From Chiloscyllium plagiosum (taxonomy: Eukaryota): a stretch of 64,000 bases of DNA. Position numbers and translations under genes: made by a program. Numbering within the stretch: the first letter of the stretch is position 1; every line of letters starts with the position of its first letter. The notes under the pieces were generated by a model, which was not told the DNA's origin, made no database searches, and saw only the letters and a program-made list of their open reading frames with translations. Shown here in pieces: positions 1-11,869 of the stretch. The stretch is taken from NCBI RefSeq assembly GCF_004010195.1, contig NC_057756.1, positions 3,330,653-3,394,652 of the forward strand, in the 5' to 3' direction.

Positions 1-220
1 CCACTACAGCGGATAGCTGAAACTGACAACCGGAAGCGGCAGGGGCAGGCCACTATAAATGCCGGAGGAAACACCACAGAAGCGCTTCACAGGAGGCTCC
101 CAAGCACTGAGGATGTCACCTAGACAGGGGACGAAACGTTTGCAACAAAAACTTCCAGCTTGGCGAACAGAACCACAGCAACGAGCACCCGAGCTACAAA
201 TCTTCTCACAAACTTTGAAC
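1..220 (+). mobile_element. 3' terminus (pLTR region) of a Penelope/Poseidon-type PLE, truncated by the window edge
   Basis: Near-identical to the 3' ends of the PLE arms at ~59957-60134 (+) and 56287-56500 (-); contains a hammerhead motif. Confidence 0.9.
104..143 (+). ncRNA. Minimal type I hammerhead ribozyme motif in the PLE terminus
   Basis: gca-CTGAGGA-t-GTCACCT-agac-AGGGGAC-GAAAC-GTT-tgc: CUGANGA core, stem II, GAAA, palindromic AACGTT stem III, GCA/TGC stem I. Confidence 0.8.
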
Positions 221-749
221 ACCTATTCAGTTCAAGAAGGCAGCTTTACAAGGATGTGTAATAAACGCTAGCATTGTCAGAGCACTCACATCTCAGGAAC
301 AAGTGAAAAAGCAGCATGTTGTGTGTGAGATCTGTAAGCACTGAAAGGGTTACACTGAGGGATGTGGTTTCCACTTGCTTCTTTTGTAGGTGTCCTCCAA
401 GAACTTTATCACTGAGAATAGGTGGAAGTTTCACTTGTTGCCCCAGTGGTAAGAGAGTGTCTAGACCGGACAATGGGGAGTGGGGGAGGGGGACAGAGCT
501 GAGGGTGTAGGGGGGAGGCGGGGTGGGCCAACCTGCACCTCTTTGAGAGAACATGTATTCATGTTCCAGTGGGTGAAGATGCCTCAGTAAGAATATGTGA
601 GCACTTGAAAAGACCACCATTGGGCAGAGAGCACGCTCGGAGCGGCAGAGTAAATGCAGAACATCAGAGAACATGGTGTCACTAAATCTGGAAGCCCTGT
701 GCCTTGCCTGATGCACCTATTTTTCCTTACCTTCAGTCAGTCGCAACCT

Positions 750-815
750 GCTCCAGTCCTCCCCAATCCACTCCAGTCCACCCCAATCCAGTCCAGTCCG
801 CCTCAATCCAGTCCT
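750..815. repeat. Degenerate (TCCAG/TCCAA)n pentamer tract
   Basis: ctccagtcctccccaatccactccagtccaccccaatccagtccagtccgcctcaatccagtcc. Confidence 0.6.
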
Positions 816-977
816 GTGATTTAGTTGGGGTTGTGTAGGAATATTGTGTAGGAGGGTGGTGGTGATTGCAGTGAGTATGGTGTCCCCATTACATCTAGTC
901 ACATGTCTGTGTGTCCAGCCCATCACATTCTTAACCCAGAGCCGGTGACTCCTAGCCTAGCTGCCTTTTTAGCATAC

Positions 978-1857
978 CTGAAAATGTGTTTACGGAACGC
1001 TGATAGGGGAAGGGAGGGAAATATCAGCGTTCCATAAAGTATATTTCCCTTCCCTTCCCTATCAGCGTTCCATAAAGACCACTTCCTCCGTGACTCCCTC
1101 GTCAGATCCACACATCCCACCAGCCCGACCTCTACTCCCAGCATCTTCCCCTGCAACCGCAGGAGGTGCAAGACTTGTGCCCACGCATCCCCCCTCACCT
1201 CCCTCCAGGCCCCAAAGGAAACTTCCATATCCGCCACAAATTCACCTGCACCTCCACACACATCATCTATTGCATCCTCTGCACCCGATGTGGCCTCCTC
1301 TATATTGGGCAGATAGGCTGCCTACTTGCGGAGCGTTTCAGAGAACACCTCTGGGACACCCGCACCCAACCAACCCAACCACCCTGTGGCTCAACACTTC
1401 AACTCCCCCTCCCACTCCACCAAGGATATGCAGGAATTTGGACTCGTCCAGCGCCAGACCACAACAACACGACGGTTGGAGGAAGAGCGCCTCATCTTAC
1501 GCCTAGGAACCCTCCAACCACAAGGGATGAACTCGGATTTCACCAGTTTCCTCATTTCCCCTCCCCCCACCTTGTCTCAGTTAAATCCATCGAACTCAGC
1601 ACCGCCTTCCTAACCTGAAATCTTCTTCCTGACCACTCCGCCCCCACACCAGTCTGACCTATCACTCTCACCTTGACCTCTTTCCACCTATCGCATTTCC
1701 AACGCTCCTCCCTCAAGTCCCTACTCCCTACATTTTATATTAGCCTGCTGGGCACACTTTCCTCATTCCTGAAGAAGGGCTTATGCCAGAAAGTTCGATT
1801 CTCCTGTTCCCTGGATGCTGCCTGACCTGCTGCACTGTTCCAGCAACACATTTTCAG
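978..1857 (+). mobile_element. 5'-truncated Neptune-type PLE (Cys-rich linker + GIY-YIG endonuclease, frameshifted)
   Basis: Translations CNRRRCKTCAH..., FTCTSTHIIYCILCTRCGLLYIGQ...FREHL and PVAQHFNSPSHS...RRLEEERLILRLGTLQPQGMNSDF; 3' hammerhead; 13-bp inverted termini ctgaaaatgtgtt (978-990) / aacacattttcag (1845-1857). Confidence 0.9.
1765..1800 (+). ncRNA. Hammerhead ribozyme motif (slightly degenerate) in the Neptune PLE terminus
   Basis: CTGAAGA-a-GGGC-ttat-GCCA-GAAA-gttc-gatt. Confidence 0.65.
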
Positions 1858-2449
1858 ATCAGATCATTGTAGCAAAGCAGCGAATCTGCAACGGAAGAGG
1901 GGGCTGGGCCAGAGTCCACTGTATGAACAGGGAGTTGTCGCAGACACGGCACCTAAAGAAGACTTAACAAGAGGTGGAGCAGCAGAAGACAAAAGCAACA
2001 ACAAGTAAAAGAATAACGAGTCCTACAATTAATACCACAGCCTCTTCTCAGCCCTCAATACATCAACCCCGAAGTCCATCTGTGCCTGTGCGAGCACGCT
2101 GGTACAGTGACTAAGATGATATCACGCTAACCGACATTCCTCTTGAATGGCAGTAGGTGACACCCTGGTTACAGTAAAGTGACCCCTTTTTCTTAGCTTG
2201 CTCCACTTTCTCTGGAAAAACCATCCATCGACCCAATCCTCAGATTTAATAGCCACCTCCTTGTTACCAAACGCTGGGTCCCTCAGTATTTTCTGCGTTT
2301 GGATAGACCAATGTATCATAGTTAGCTGTTATATCTACAACTTAAGCTCAATTTCCAATCATTCCAAACTTGGACAGTCATATGCACCACTCGACTTTGA
2401 CATGGCTTTATAGGTAAGCAAATCATGCGGCGTCAAGTTAGTCATGCGG

Positions 2450-2738
2450 TTAGATTACTTACAGTGTGGAAACAGGCCCTTTGGCCCAAAAAACCTACGC
2501 CGATACTCCGAAAAGCAACCCACCCAGACACATTCCCCTACATTTACTCCTTCACCTCACACTACGGGTAATTTAGCATTGCCAATCTACCTAACCTGCA
2601 CATTTTTGGACTGTGAGAGGAAACACACGCAGACGCGGGGAGAGTGTGCAAACTCCACACAGACAGTTGCCTGAGGTGGGTATTGAACCCGGGTCTCTGG
2701 CGCTGTTAGGCAGCAATGTTACCCACTACGCACTGTGT
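2450..2738 (-). mobile_element. HE1-type tRNA-derived V-SINE (older copy)
   Basis: Minus-strand B-box-like GGTTCAATACC, V-domain GTGTGGAGTTTGCAC, and tail seen on + as TAGATTACTTACAGTGTGGAAACAGG. Confidence 0.85.
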
Positions 2739-2770
2739 CTGCATACAGCAGCTCATCGATCCCAGTTAAG

Positions 2771-3090
2771 ATTAGATTAGATTAGATTAGATTACAGTGT
2801 GGAAACAGGCCCTTCGGCCCAACAAGTCCACACCGACACGCCGAAGCGAAATCCACCCATACCCCTACATTTACCCCTTACCTAACACTACGGGCAATTT
2901 AGTATGGCCAATTCACCTAACCCTGCACATCTTTGGACTGTGGGAGGAAACCGGAGCACCCGGAGGAAACCCACGCAGACACGGGGAGAACGTGCAAACT
3001 CCACACAGTCAGTCGCCTGAGGCGGGAATTGAACCCGGGTCTCTGGCGCTGTGAGGCAACAGTGCTAACCACTGTGCCACCGTGCCGCCC
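2771..3090 (-). mobile_element. HE1-type tRNA-derived V-SINE (young, full length) inserted in the ERV integrase
   Basis: Minus strand begins GGGCGGCACGGTGGCACAGTGG...GGTTCAATTCC (A/B boxes), then V-domain and (TCTAA)n tail; flanked by aagatt (2768-2773 / 3093-3098); integrase frame resumes across it. Confidence 0.93.
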
Positions 3091-4059
3091 ACAAGATTGC
3101 TGCCTGCACAAATCTTGTTCAACTTAGTCTTTAAAGTACCGTTAATCTGTTCCACCATATTCTGCAACCCAGGATGATACACCAAGCCAAACCTCTGCTT
3201 CATCCACAAAGTCTGCACAACCAACTTAACCATCTTCTGGAGAAAGGCGGACCCATTTTCCAAACTGATCTCAAAATGATATGCCAAACCTGGGAATAAG
3301 TTCACGCTATTAAAAAAAGACTTTACCACAGTTCTTGTCACTGAATCTTTCATTGGGGCCGTTTCTACCAGTCTACTAAAGCTGTCAATGACCCTTCATT
3401 CGCACCATTTTATCAGGTCCACATAGGCATCACCAAATGCTTAAATTGCCATTCAGGTATAGATATATGACCTTTTTGTGTCGCTATCCCCTTTATGACA
3501 TTATTGATGAGCACAGACATCACATTGTGATAATATGTAACCCACTGAAGCCTGCAAGTGAGGTGACCAAAAGCCATCCCTTCTTATCTTCCACAGCACC
3601 TCGCCTCGAGCACAGGGATCCAACCCTTGTGCTTCTGAGACAAGAATTATGAGCACAGGGCTAGGCGCTACCCACAAACATTCTTCTGTGCACCACAGGC
3701 TGTTCCTGGTTATGCCTGGCCTCCATTTTCCCCACAGCAGTTGTTCAGGTAAGGTCCCCTCACCTTGCATTGCAATGATGTCGGCAATGTTTGGCCCAAG
3801 ATCTAAACATACCTGGTGTGCAATGACAGCTGAAATGCACTCAGAAGCCAATGAAGCCGCTTCGACTGCTGCCTGATTACCCGTACTCAACAAATCACCA
3901 CCTATCTTGTGTGCTTGATAATTTATAAAAGCAAATGCATTAGTCATCATCAATGCAGTCGTCAACTCGACAATCCACTGCCAAAGTTGCATGAGTTCTC
4001 CATTGCTCTTCTGGAAGCCCCTTTCATTCGTGCCGATCAACCCAGTTGTCACAGGCAAC

Positions 4060-5632
4060 ATAATTTTGCTTTTCTCGCACTGTCTTTATGGATTCCTCGA
4101 GCTGCATTTGTGTCAACTGCCTTTGCACCACCTCCTGTTCTTCAGCCATCTTCTTTTATTCTCCCTGGTATCTTTCGATGACATGGCATATATGATTCCT
4201 GAATTCCTGGTGGGCCATGGATGTCAGATCCACTGCCTCCTCGAACTAAACTTGAACTTGTCGGGTATTGCGTCGATGATAGCAGCCCAGAGTATTGTGG
4301 TTAATAGTTGACCCCCTTTCAATCTTGTTCTGTTTCAAGCTTCTATCTTTTCAACTGATTTTCCAAAAAAGCTGCTGGGTTTTCAGTATTTACAAATGAA
4401 ACCCCTCTCAAAGCATTGGGTTCAATCTTAGTTGGGGAACAGTCTAAGGACCTACCAGGTCCTTTGTCCTACACGATTAAACCCAGCACCATTAATCATC
4501 GGATTCTTCACAACATTCTTCAGGAGGGACGGATCCATTATCTCTCTTAATTGCTAGAGTCCCACTGCCTTTATTAGCAGTGACTACAAATCTCCCATAA
4601 CCAACAGCCATCCTGTGGTTTTGTCCTCAAAGGTTGTAATCCAAATTCCTGCTCCATCATGTAAACTGGGCAGCATATTTCTTAGCACTTTCAGATCCTG
4701 GGTTCCCCAATGAACAAATCGCGGCTGTGTTCGTCCCTTTATAAGCACTGGCAGCATCTTCCCCTGTAGGGCCATCTTCCTCTTATTAAAGATATTATAT
4801 TGTAATTTCTCATCAGGTTCCAAATCTATCCTTACTTGTATTTCCACCCACTTCATGCCTGTGTTACTGCCTCCTTTGCTCCCCTCCTCCCATTACTCTG
4901 TCTGTCTCTATTCAACATTTCTGGAATAATTTAGACGTGCCTGAATGTCTCTTCGTTTTCTTTATATGTGAAATGGCTGGATTTCACCTCGGACTCTCAC
5001 TTTTTTCCAGTTATAAAGCTTTTAATTCGATTTGTCTCCTCGCTTTCCTGCCTCTCCTTTTCTTTTTAGCACATTATGCTCTGTGTCAGCTTCTTTACAA
5101 TTCAATTCCCCCTCTATCTCTACTGCCGCCCTAATTACACGACCGTGTGTAATATTATCTTCACTAGAAAGGAGGGAGGGATTTTCAATATTGTAAGCCG
5201 AGTTTCAAAAGTGCTTTTTCTTGCTGAGCCTTCATATCCAACCGCTGTTTGATCTGCTCTAAACACATGGAGGTGGTCTCTTCCAAAAAATTGTTTCCAA
5301 AAGCTGTTCGTTCTGTTCCCTGGCACTACACCTCCTCCGTCATAACTGGTGCCTGAAACATTTTTCTCAATCATCCCCTACAATTCCTAACAGCCTTAAA
5401 ATTTCTACTTCATGCTTCACGTTCAACATTATCTTTTTTTTAGCCAAAGATCTGTAATATTTAATTAACCCTTCCATTTCGTCTCTTATATTTATATCAA
5501 AAGTATCCAGTTTCAGGCGTTTAGTTATTAATTCCGCGCTTCTTCATTCCGATTTTTTCAGAAGTTTTTGCAATTTCATTTCTTGCTACTGGAAATTTCT
5601 TACTGAATATTCCAATTACATTCCCTGCATTC
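4060..5632 (-). pseudogene. gag: ERV gag remnant
   Basis: Matrix-like MNAGNVIGIFSKKFPVARNEIAK...TFDINIRDEMEGLIKYY; capsid-like RFVHWGTQDLKVLRNMLPSLHDGAGIWITTFEDKTTGWLLVMGDL; C-terminal EFRNHICHVIERY...QRQLTQMQLEE; many stops and frameshifts. Confidence 0.7.
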
Positions 5633-5898
5633 ATCCTGACATATATTTCAGTACAGCTAATCTATTATCTCTGGACTCAAAATTCACTCACTTATGCCAT
5701 ACAAGTCTGGTAGCGCCTGTCACTTGATGTAAGTATTCCTTTACTCTATAACTCGGAATCATCCCTTAACAATCTAAAAGTCCCTAAACGCCTTGTTTCA
5801 ACTAATTAACATTAAAAATCTATTCTCCTTCGCACTATTCTGGGAATGCATCTGCAGAATGCAATAATCACTGAAGATTCCTTCATTTGCACCATCTC

Positions 5899-6054
5899 TG
5901 TTAAAAAGAACTATCTCAATTTATTACAGAGCAAAAAAAAATATATAAAAACACTCCAGGATCTCGATCTCCGTGGATGAGAACACAAACATTTATCTAC
6001 CAACAATCAATTATGCCTACAAACCAGATCACAACGGTTAAACTATGGAGTTTC

Positions 6055-6112
<58 letters not shown>

Positions 6113-6453
6113 CGACTTCCTTCAAGCCAGAGCTTCACTCTCTCACACACAGATCCTTGCTTAAAGAGAGTGTTAGTTCAATTCTAAAAGTACAATATAA
6201 TTATCATACAGGACTTGTCTTAAAGCTTCAGCAGTCGAGTAACAATGTAACACTATGGCTGTTCGCTGGTATTTTACTTTTAATAAACAACTCCCACTCT
6301 GCCGGCGTTCAATTTCATCCAAAATTACTAAAACTAACAATAAACAATCCTTCCCTGTTTCTGTCCGTGCAGTCCATCACAAATCATAAATCATTTTGTT
6401 TTATTTTTCGTAATTTTCTTAAAAACGGGGCGATATACACACAAACATAAACA
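5899..6453 (-). repeat. Putative ERV 5' LTR (distal boundary approximate)
   Basis: Minus strand ends ...tgtAATAAAttgagatagttctttttaaCA, immediately followed by gagaTGGTGCAAATG (PBS-like). Confidence 0.55.
6059..6106. repeat. (TC)n microsatellite
   Basis: Uninterrupted TC run of about 24 units. Confidence 0.98.
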
Positions 6454-6454
6454 C

Positions 6455-7257
6455 ACCAGGTGGAATTTTTATCTCAATTTCTTTATTCTGTACCTTTACA
6501 CATCCCTGCGCAGTTTACGTGAACAATTGTCTGCGTCTCCTCAAACTTTATTTTACCATCCTACTTCTGGTTTTTTTTGGATCGGGCACACTCACCAGCA
6601 GGATACTTTGCAATTCTGGGTTTCGGTGAACCTCCCTTACGTGATACAATATTGTCCAAATTAGTAGCAAAACGCTGACATTTTCTTTTGCGGGTAGCCA
6701 AACGTTTTATCCTGTCTGTCTCAGTATAACTTTCGGTTCAACTGAAAAGTGCCCTGCAGCTGCAGACTCTTTCCAGAGAAAAAGGTCTATTTCCGTCCAA
6801 GCTGCGGTGCCAGATTTGTTGTGAAAAAAACACTCAATCTTAAGTAAAACATTACCAGGAGGTCCAGAAAATCCGTCACGAAATTAAGCATTAATTGTGC
6901 AAAACCAAACCTGAGGGAGCGACCAAACTGTCTTGCCTGACTGCCCACAATCTTTTGTTCTTCTGCAGTTTATACAATTGTTGTTCCCGCGCTTATTGGA
7001 TAACATTAGCATAGCCAATCATGTTGGCTTGCTTTGCCTTTCTAAACTAATCATCCTCGACCACACTGGTTGCCTACATCACACTTAACCAAACACATTA
7101 CCAGATTATCTCTTCGGCGTTACCTCATCTACCAGTGAATAAACTAGCCGATCTCAATGCATTCAGATTATCTGCTACTGAAACTGTGCAACATGATCGC
7201 GGGCATGCATTGAATCAGTTAATTTAACTACAAGCCTGCCAGAATAACTTTCATAAT
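6455..7257 (-). mobile_element. Probable LTR (~6817-7257), PBS and leader of a second LTR element
   Basis: Minus strand ...cacaaCA-aatc-TGGCACCGCAG PBS-like junction at ~6800-6823; no coding domain recognised. Confidence 0.35.
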
Positions 7258-7781
7258 GGGCAAAAATAAGATTAAAATCTCGAATACATAAATGTTGTGA
7301 ATACAGAAGTATTTTAGCTATCATTTCCCATGTACCCTTCGTTGTGATATAATCGGAAACTTACTGGGCAATATGCGCTGTCATCACACAATATTATTTA
7401 TGAGATAAAATAACTCCAACCAGTTCCTATTTTTGAGTTATTGTTATACATTTAGTAAGCACATTTATTGTTAAAAACAACATGCTCTAAAGGTATGATT
7501 GCGTTTTACAATTAGATGCAAATCATTTGTTTAGCCATGAATCGGATAGCCATTGGCAAAGAATTAAGGATCTGGCAAATGTTGAGCCGGTAATCGAGGG
7601 CTTAGGTTTTTTTTTTTAATGCGGTTTCTCCGAACAGCCACGGCAACGTCCTAAGTGCAATACAAGGAAATTCATTAATTCCTTCTAAAAAATCTAAAAA
7701 AAGGAACTATTTAAATGGAATTAGACGTTGCAGACAAGTTGAGTCCAAACTAAACTGAATGACAATTGTCCAAATTGCTCG

Positions 7782-8039
7782 TTCTTGGAACCTAGCTCTA
7801 TATTGTTTTTGTTGAATAAGTTGAATTGGTTTTTTTTTCAAAATTCCCACATTCATACATAAGTGGTCAGGTACTCCTTTTAACAAAATGTCACTGTTTC
7901 ATTCTAACTTTTCTTGGAACCTAGCTCTATATTGTTTTTGTTGAATAAGTTGAATTGTTTTTTTTTCAAAATTCCCACATTCATACATAAGTGGTCAGGT
8001 ACTCCTTTTAACAAAATGTCATTGTTTCATTCTAACTTT
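7782..8039. repeat. Recent 129-bp tandem duplication
   Basis: ttcttggaacctagctcta...cattctaactt occurs at 7782-7910 and 7911-8039 with only a few differences. Confidence 0.95.
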
Positions 8040-8565
8040 CGCGAAAATATGGCCAGTTTTGAGATTGGGAAATCCGTATTTGCTGAATCCCAAGAATCTT
8101 TAATTCTGTTCTCAATTTGGTGTTATTCATGTGAAAGATCCATTAGTGTACATATAGTCTGAATACCTTAATTTAAAAATCTAAGGACAGTTTTGCTTTT
8201 AGGTATCTCTGTCCTGATAACTTGAGCAGCACCGTAAGTGTGGTAGAAGACAATTCCTTGCATTTATACTGTATTAAGTTTATGAACCATGGTTTCGTTA
8301 AGTTAAGATGTTAAAACATATCATTTACAACTTAATATATTGAAGCATCGACAAAGTGTCTGATTTAAGAATTTTTTTGTTGTTGTTGTTAAATTAGCTT
8401 TATGTTGTTTTCGTGATTTCTCCGCACTAGATAAGCGAAATAACGTGTCCCATTCAGCAAAAGCATCTGAATGCTCATATCCATTCGTTTATTCAAATCA
8501 ATTTGTTTTCCACGTCGGATGCACTTTATGTGGGCAGGTTAGTCATTCTTCCTCTCCCCTCTCAG

Positions 8566-8586
8566 ATCTGACAAAATGCCAAGGAG
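8566..8586 (+). CDS. 21-nt phase-1 heptad micro-exon, (D)LTKCQG, of a butyrophilin/BG-like coiled-coil gene; GC-AG donor
   Basis: Acceptor cattcttcctctcccctctcAG; exon ATCTGACAAAATGCCAAGGAG; donor GAG|gcaagt matches the GC-donor consensus; 18/21 identical to 11849-11869. Confidence 0.75.
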
Positions 8587-9866
8587 GCAAGTTTTTATTA
8601 AATGGAAAATTGAAATCCATCTGCATCTTCATTGGCAAGCAACTTCAAAGTAAATCAATAAATGCAATAGGAACACACACTTGGACACTCACAGAAACAG
8701 ATGTTTCTGGTTGGTTTTGCATTGATGCACTTATTGTCATTTAGAACATGCTCAGAAAATGAGAGAGCATCTGATTTCAGGATTATCTCGTTTACAATGT
8801 ACCTAAATGCCAATAATAATGAGTGATATCTTCTACCTCGCGTTAAAAGAAACAAACATTGCTCATTTGAAGTGTAAAATATGTATGTTATTTTATTTGC
8901 ATTCCGTTTGTGAATGTTTCTGTCAGAATTCAAAAAAGCTTTTATTTGCGAATGAAATGCCTTTACATTGCAGCGTAGTGAGTCATAATTTTTAAACTAT
9001 CCAAAACAAATGTAATACCAGCAACTGTAAATGAAGAAAATGTCCAGTTGAGAAAACCAAATTAAACGACAACTGCTGAGAAACTGATTGGTGTTTGGAA
9101 TTTTTATGGTGGTGTGAAAGTAAGGAGTGACATGAAGTAGTTTTGACTTTCTTCTACCATCTCAGAGGCGATCTTTCACACCTCAGTAGCAAATACCTGT
9201 GGTGCCAAAATCTGTGTTGCAAATTCTGTCATTCTGTTACTTTTGGCGGATATTATGGGCATGTGTTCGTGAGTCTGAAACATGCAAGATAATATTTTAA
9301 AACGTATCCTTATTGTTGCTGCAACGGAAACTTTTTTATAGTCTAAGATGCATATTGTTCCCTTAACTGAAAATGAACGACTTGCATCATAACGTATGCT
9401 GTTTCTTTTTCAAATTGACAATTAAAATTTTTCCAGACACATCTGGGAACATCATGACAATCGCTTCTTATCTGACCTGATATACTTTTGTTCTCACTTT
9501 TATTAGTTGCACACCAGAATATATATTTAACGTCTAGAAATTAATTGCAAAAACATCTACAGAAATGTGAACTGATGTCCGATTTACACTGTTATTAAAA
9601 TTTTTACTAAACACGACTCCGTGCAGTATTTTATGACAGATTTTTACTTATTGCTTCTCTCTGTTGGTGGACATCTCAAGTAGGATGTCTTCAGCATATC
9701 GCACAAAATTACTTTACCCACTTCCCCGGGAACCTACAGATGGCACAACATCGTGTGTTATCTCAACAAATCAGAGTCGCAAATTTGCATTTATAAAATG
9801 TATTTAATTTTGGTCAGGAACTTAATTTGAATGTGATTTTATCTTACTCCTCTTTTCCTGTTGCAG

Positions 9867-9887
9867 ATCTTAACAATTTAGAAGGGA
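9867..9887 (+). CDS. 21-nt phase-1 heptad micro-exon, DLNNLEG
   Basis: Acceptor tcctcttttcctgttgcAG; exon ATCTTAACAATTTAGAAGGGA; donor gtaagt. Confidence 0.8.
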
Positions 9888-11099
9888 GTAAGTGGTTTTA
9901 GATTTTAATCACTAACTGTTCGAAGTTTGTTGTAAAGTAACAATTGTTGGCTCTGAAATTTCACAACGTTCTAAATTGGAACAAAAATAAAATGCCACAA
10001 GTTAAGGGGAACGAAACGTGATGTTAGAGGCAAGAACTGAAATAAATTACTCCAAATTCCGAAGTGCTGTTGGAGAAATTGATGAGGTTGAAGGACGAGG
10101 AAGTTTGAAGGCACAACAATGTATGTCACCGAGACACTAAAGCATGAGGACATTAGCATCAAGGATCATTTTCCAAAATTTTGTAGACACTGTATCAGTT
10201 CCTACATATTTCAACATAGCTTAAGTACACGCTCCGTTGTAGTAAGTACCTGGAGATAAGAAAACAGTAATGACAGCCCAATTCAGCTTCCTGTAAGTAG
10301 CGGGAAAACTTGACAGTCCATGATAAACGCTTCAGTGTGAAAGCACTTATTAATGAGTGGGAGGATCACACAGAGTAAAAATTAATTGACGAAAGAGAAA
10401 TCGTTGTTGACAACTCAGTTGGAATTTGTTTTCAGAATACAAGGAGTAGAGTTGTTGGCGGGAGCTGGCGGGTACAGTTGACAATTCGTTTTCCAAGAAA
10501 GTTTTACTTTGGAATCATGATATTTGTGTTTAACGTAATACTGATTTCAACATAGAAATTCCAAAAAAAGAGCAGTATTTACGATTATTATCTCTGTCCT
10601 TTCGGAATTTCTGCAGAGTTCTCAGCGATCGCAGTGGCAAAACCCAAAATCCAGAAATAGATGACTGCCCTCCATTCAACGTGTGACCAAAGCGATCTGC
10701 TAGAATCTTCCATATACGGGAACAAGAAACCCCGCCCGTATTTTTTAAAGAATCCCAATGAGGACATCAGCTTCATCTCTACATTTGAAACTCCAATCTA
10801 TTTTTCACCATATGAATCAAACACATTTCAAACTCTGCTGCATCAGTGCTGGATAATTGGCTCATGATCCGCTTCCCAGTCAGAGCCACATCAAATCACC
10901 AACAGATTCCATGAAGGCCCCCCATAACCCATGAAGAAACATATCAATATCAAACATGAACCGTCTCACAAACCCTGCCTGACAAAATACCTTTCCACGT
11001 AATCCAAGCACTGTTACGTGAAAAGTCGTGTTTTACCATTTGATGCTATACTCATAGCAGATATCTCATGGTCACGACCTTTCGACATTCTTTTTAATG

Positions 11100-11410
11100 T
11101 GTTCAAAGGGCAGTGGCCGAGCTGGTTGGACAACAATTATTACGCATGCCGATTTAATCAGAGGGAAATCAAAAGACCATTGCATTGTTGTGGGTCTGCT
11201 GTCTCACAAAACCCAAATGAGGAAAGGATGACGGTTTTCTTCACCAAAGGTTAACTAAGCAGATTTTTTTTTCTGACAGAAACAATGGATTCATGATTTT
11301 TCCTCAGTCCATATACACAACCTGCCATGGCAGCATTCGATCGCAGGCCTCTGGAACATTACATCGGGCTATGGTTAAAAAGTTAAATGATAAAAGTAGT
11401 AGACCATTCC
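11100..11410 (-). mobile_element. Ancient, highly diverged tRNA-derived SINE
   Basis: + strand ctgccatggcagcattcgatcgcaggcctctggaacattac resembles the reverse complement of a tRNA-like SINE head with a B box. Confidence 0.4.
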
Positions 11411-11815
11411 TATTCAAAACTGAATGAAAAATGTGTCAGACTTTAAGCATTGAGTTGTATCTTCCTTTGGAAAACAGGGTAATTAACGGTCTGACACAAT
11501 CATTAACAGATAACCAAAGCAAAAAATAGCATGCAAACATAAATAATCGTTAGGAAAATCGAATGACACTGTTCAAAATATTAAGCTTATGGATATTCTT
11601 TTCTTTGTCTCCAAGGTGTCATATCTCACTAAGATGTTGTTTTGTATTTTTTTATTATAATTTCAGTTTGAGACGACGTTTCATTTTAGGTCTCTGCCTG
11701 TTTGTCTGAATGATCTATGTAGCGAGCTCAGTGATTATCTGTGATATCCAAAACTTTAACCTGGCTATCATAACATTTTCCCACTAATTCAGAATATCTG
11801 ATGTTACGTTCACAG

Positions 11816-11869
11816 ATAGAAAGGTCCGATTATCTCGCAACGTCGCAGATCTGAAAATATGCCAAGAAG
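11816..11869 (+). CDS. 54-nt (33+21) phase-1 exon, NRKVRLSRNVADLKICQE; internal CAG acceptor gives an alternative 21-nt exon at 11849-11869
   Basis: Branch-like cactaat at ~11782; acceptor ttacgttcacAG; open in frame; donor AAG|gtattc; last 21 nt paralogous to the 8566 and 54571 exons. Confidence 0.7.

Larger units (their letters stand above)
2090..4040 (-). pseudogene. pol: ERV pol remnant: RNase H C-terminus plus integrase (zinc-binding, core and C-terminal domains), interrupted by two SINEs
   Basis: RGFQKSNG...AFINYQAHKIGGDLLSTGNQAAVEAA (RNase H); GFWSPHLQASVGYILSQCDVC (Zn domain); ISLENGSAF...LVYHPGLQNMVEQINGTLKTKLNKICA (core); TNLTPHDLLT; QRKWSKLRKRGHFTVTRVSPTAI...YHLSHCT (C-terminal domain). 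Confidence 0.8.
1950..6453 (-). mobile_element. Internally deleted class I (epsilon-like) endogenous retrovirus: 5' LTR - gag - [PR/RT deleted] - RNase H end - integrase - env remnant
   Basis: Domain-specific translations listed in the sub-features; candidate LTR ending ...taaca followed by a TGGTGC primer-binding-site-like sequence at ~5880-5894. Confidence 0.8.

Noticed and set aside
246..926. ORFs 246-716 and 717-926 (-)
   Set aside because: No recognisable domain; probably decayed repeat or ERV sequence that I cannot assign
3015..3090. tRNA-like sequence with A and B boxes
   Set aside because: It is the tRNA-derived head of a SINE, not a tRNA gene
5977..6450. 157-aa ORF with an SLSLSL run
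   Set aside because: Artefact of the (TC)n microsatellite on the antisense strand of a putative LTR
8203..8233. 31-nt segment with a good acceptor (ttttgcttttag) and donor (gtaagt)
   Set aside because: Has stop codons in the frames compatible with the phase-1 heptad exons; at best a cryptic or non-coding exon
10220..10241. 22-nt AG...gtaagt segment
   Set aside because: Not a multiple of three, with an immediate stop in phase 1
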